Shown: in pieces, positions 63,865 to 64,000 of the stretch
How positions within the stretch are numbered: the first letter of the stretch is position 1
Layout of the letters: every line of letters starts with the position of its first letter
Position numbers and translations under genes: made by a program
Source: an uncultured Gemmatimonadales bacterium
GTDB lineage: Bacteria; Gemmatimonadota; Gemmatimonadetes; Longimicrobiales; Gaopeijiaceae
DNA length: 64,000 nucleotides
Direction: 5' to 3'
Assembly (NCBI GenBank): GCA_963823035.1
Contig: CAWGKG010000014.1
Span: 544,001-608,000, forward strand
The notes under the pieces: model-generated
Seen by the model: the letters and a program-made list of their open reading frames with translations, nothing else
What the model was told of the DNA's origin: nothing
Databases searched by the model: none

Positions 63865-64000
63865 GACGTTCCTCCCTGTGAAGGCGGAGACCTCGAAGCC
63901 CGCTCCTTTGAATCTCCCGTTGTTACACGAATCAGGCCAGGGTGGCGGATAGGGACATCGTTCGGACCCGGCCGCCCGGCGATGGTTCGAGGGGTCGAAA

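Overview
High-GC (~70%) bacterial chromosomal window. Gene content (ADOP permease with PadR, FecIR-TonB receptor cassette, M16/S46 peptidases) suggests Gemmatimonadota or a similar lineage; this is inference. Many genes, including ddl and mutS, carry single-base frameshifts, mostly in G/C runs, that look like long-read errors, so several ORF-track proteins are fragments or false fusions. The left 22 kb is the highlight. (i) A five-gene minus-strand operon behind a sigma54-type promoter encodes a His-rich inner-membrane protein, a TPR protein, a 17-heme cytochrome c, a ~43-heme cytochrome c built from 450-bp tandem repeats, and a beta-barrel protein absent from the ORF track. This is a candidate porin-cytochrome extracellular electron transfer conduit. 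(ii) A hydrogenase-less module has an apparent HybA-HybB (HmcB-HmcC-like) fusion, a 13-heme cytochrome and a lipoyl-lysine-less Cys-rich GcvH-like protein. It lies divergent from a heme-c-motif sensor kinase and a sigma54 activator, with two more -24/-12 promoters and a shared palindromic upstream motif. The rest comprises an ArsR-RND efflux operon, housekeeping genes (EF-G paralog, ddl, CBS, mutS, holA, apgM), ECF sigma/anti-sigma, four M16 peptidase subunits, MscS, a Ycf46-like AAA ATPase, SRAP and an iodotyrosine-deiodinase-like nitroreductase. No rRNA, tRNA, CRISPR or mobile element was recognised.
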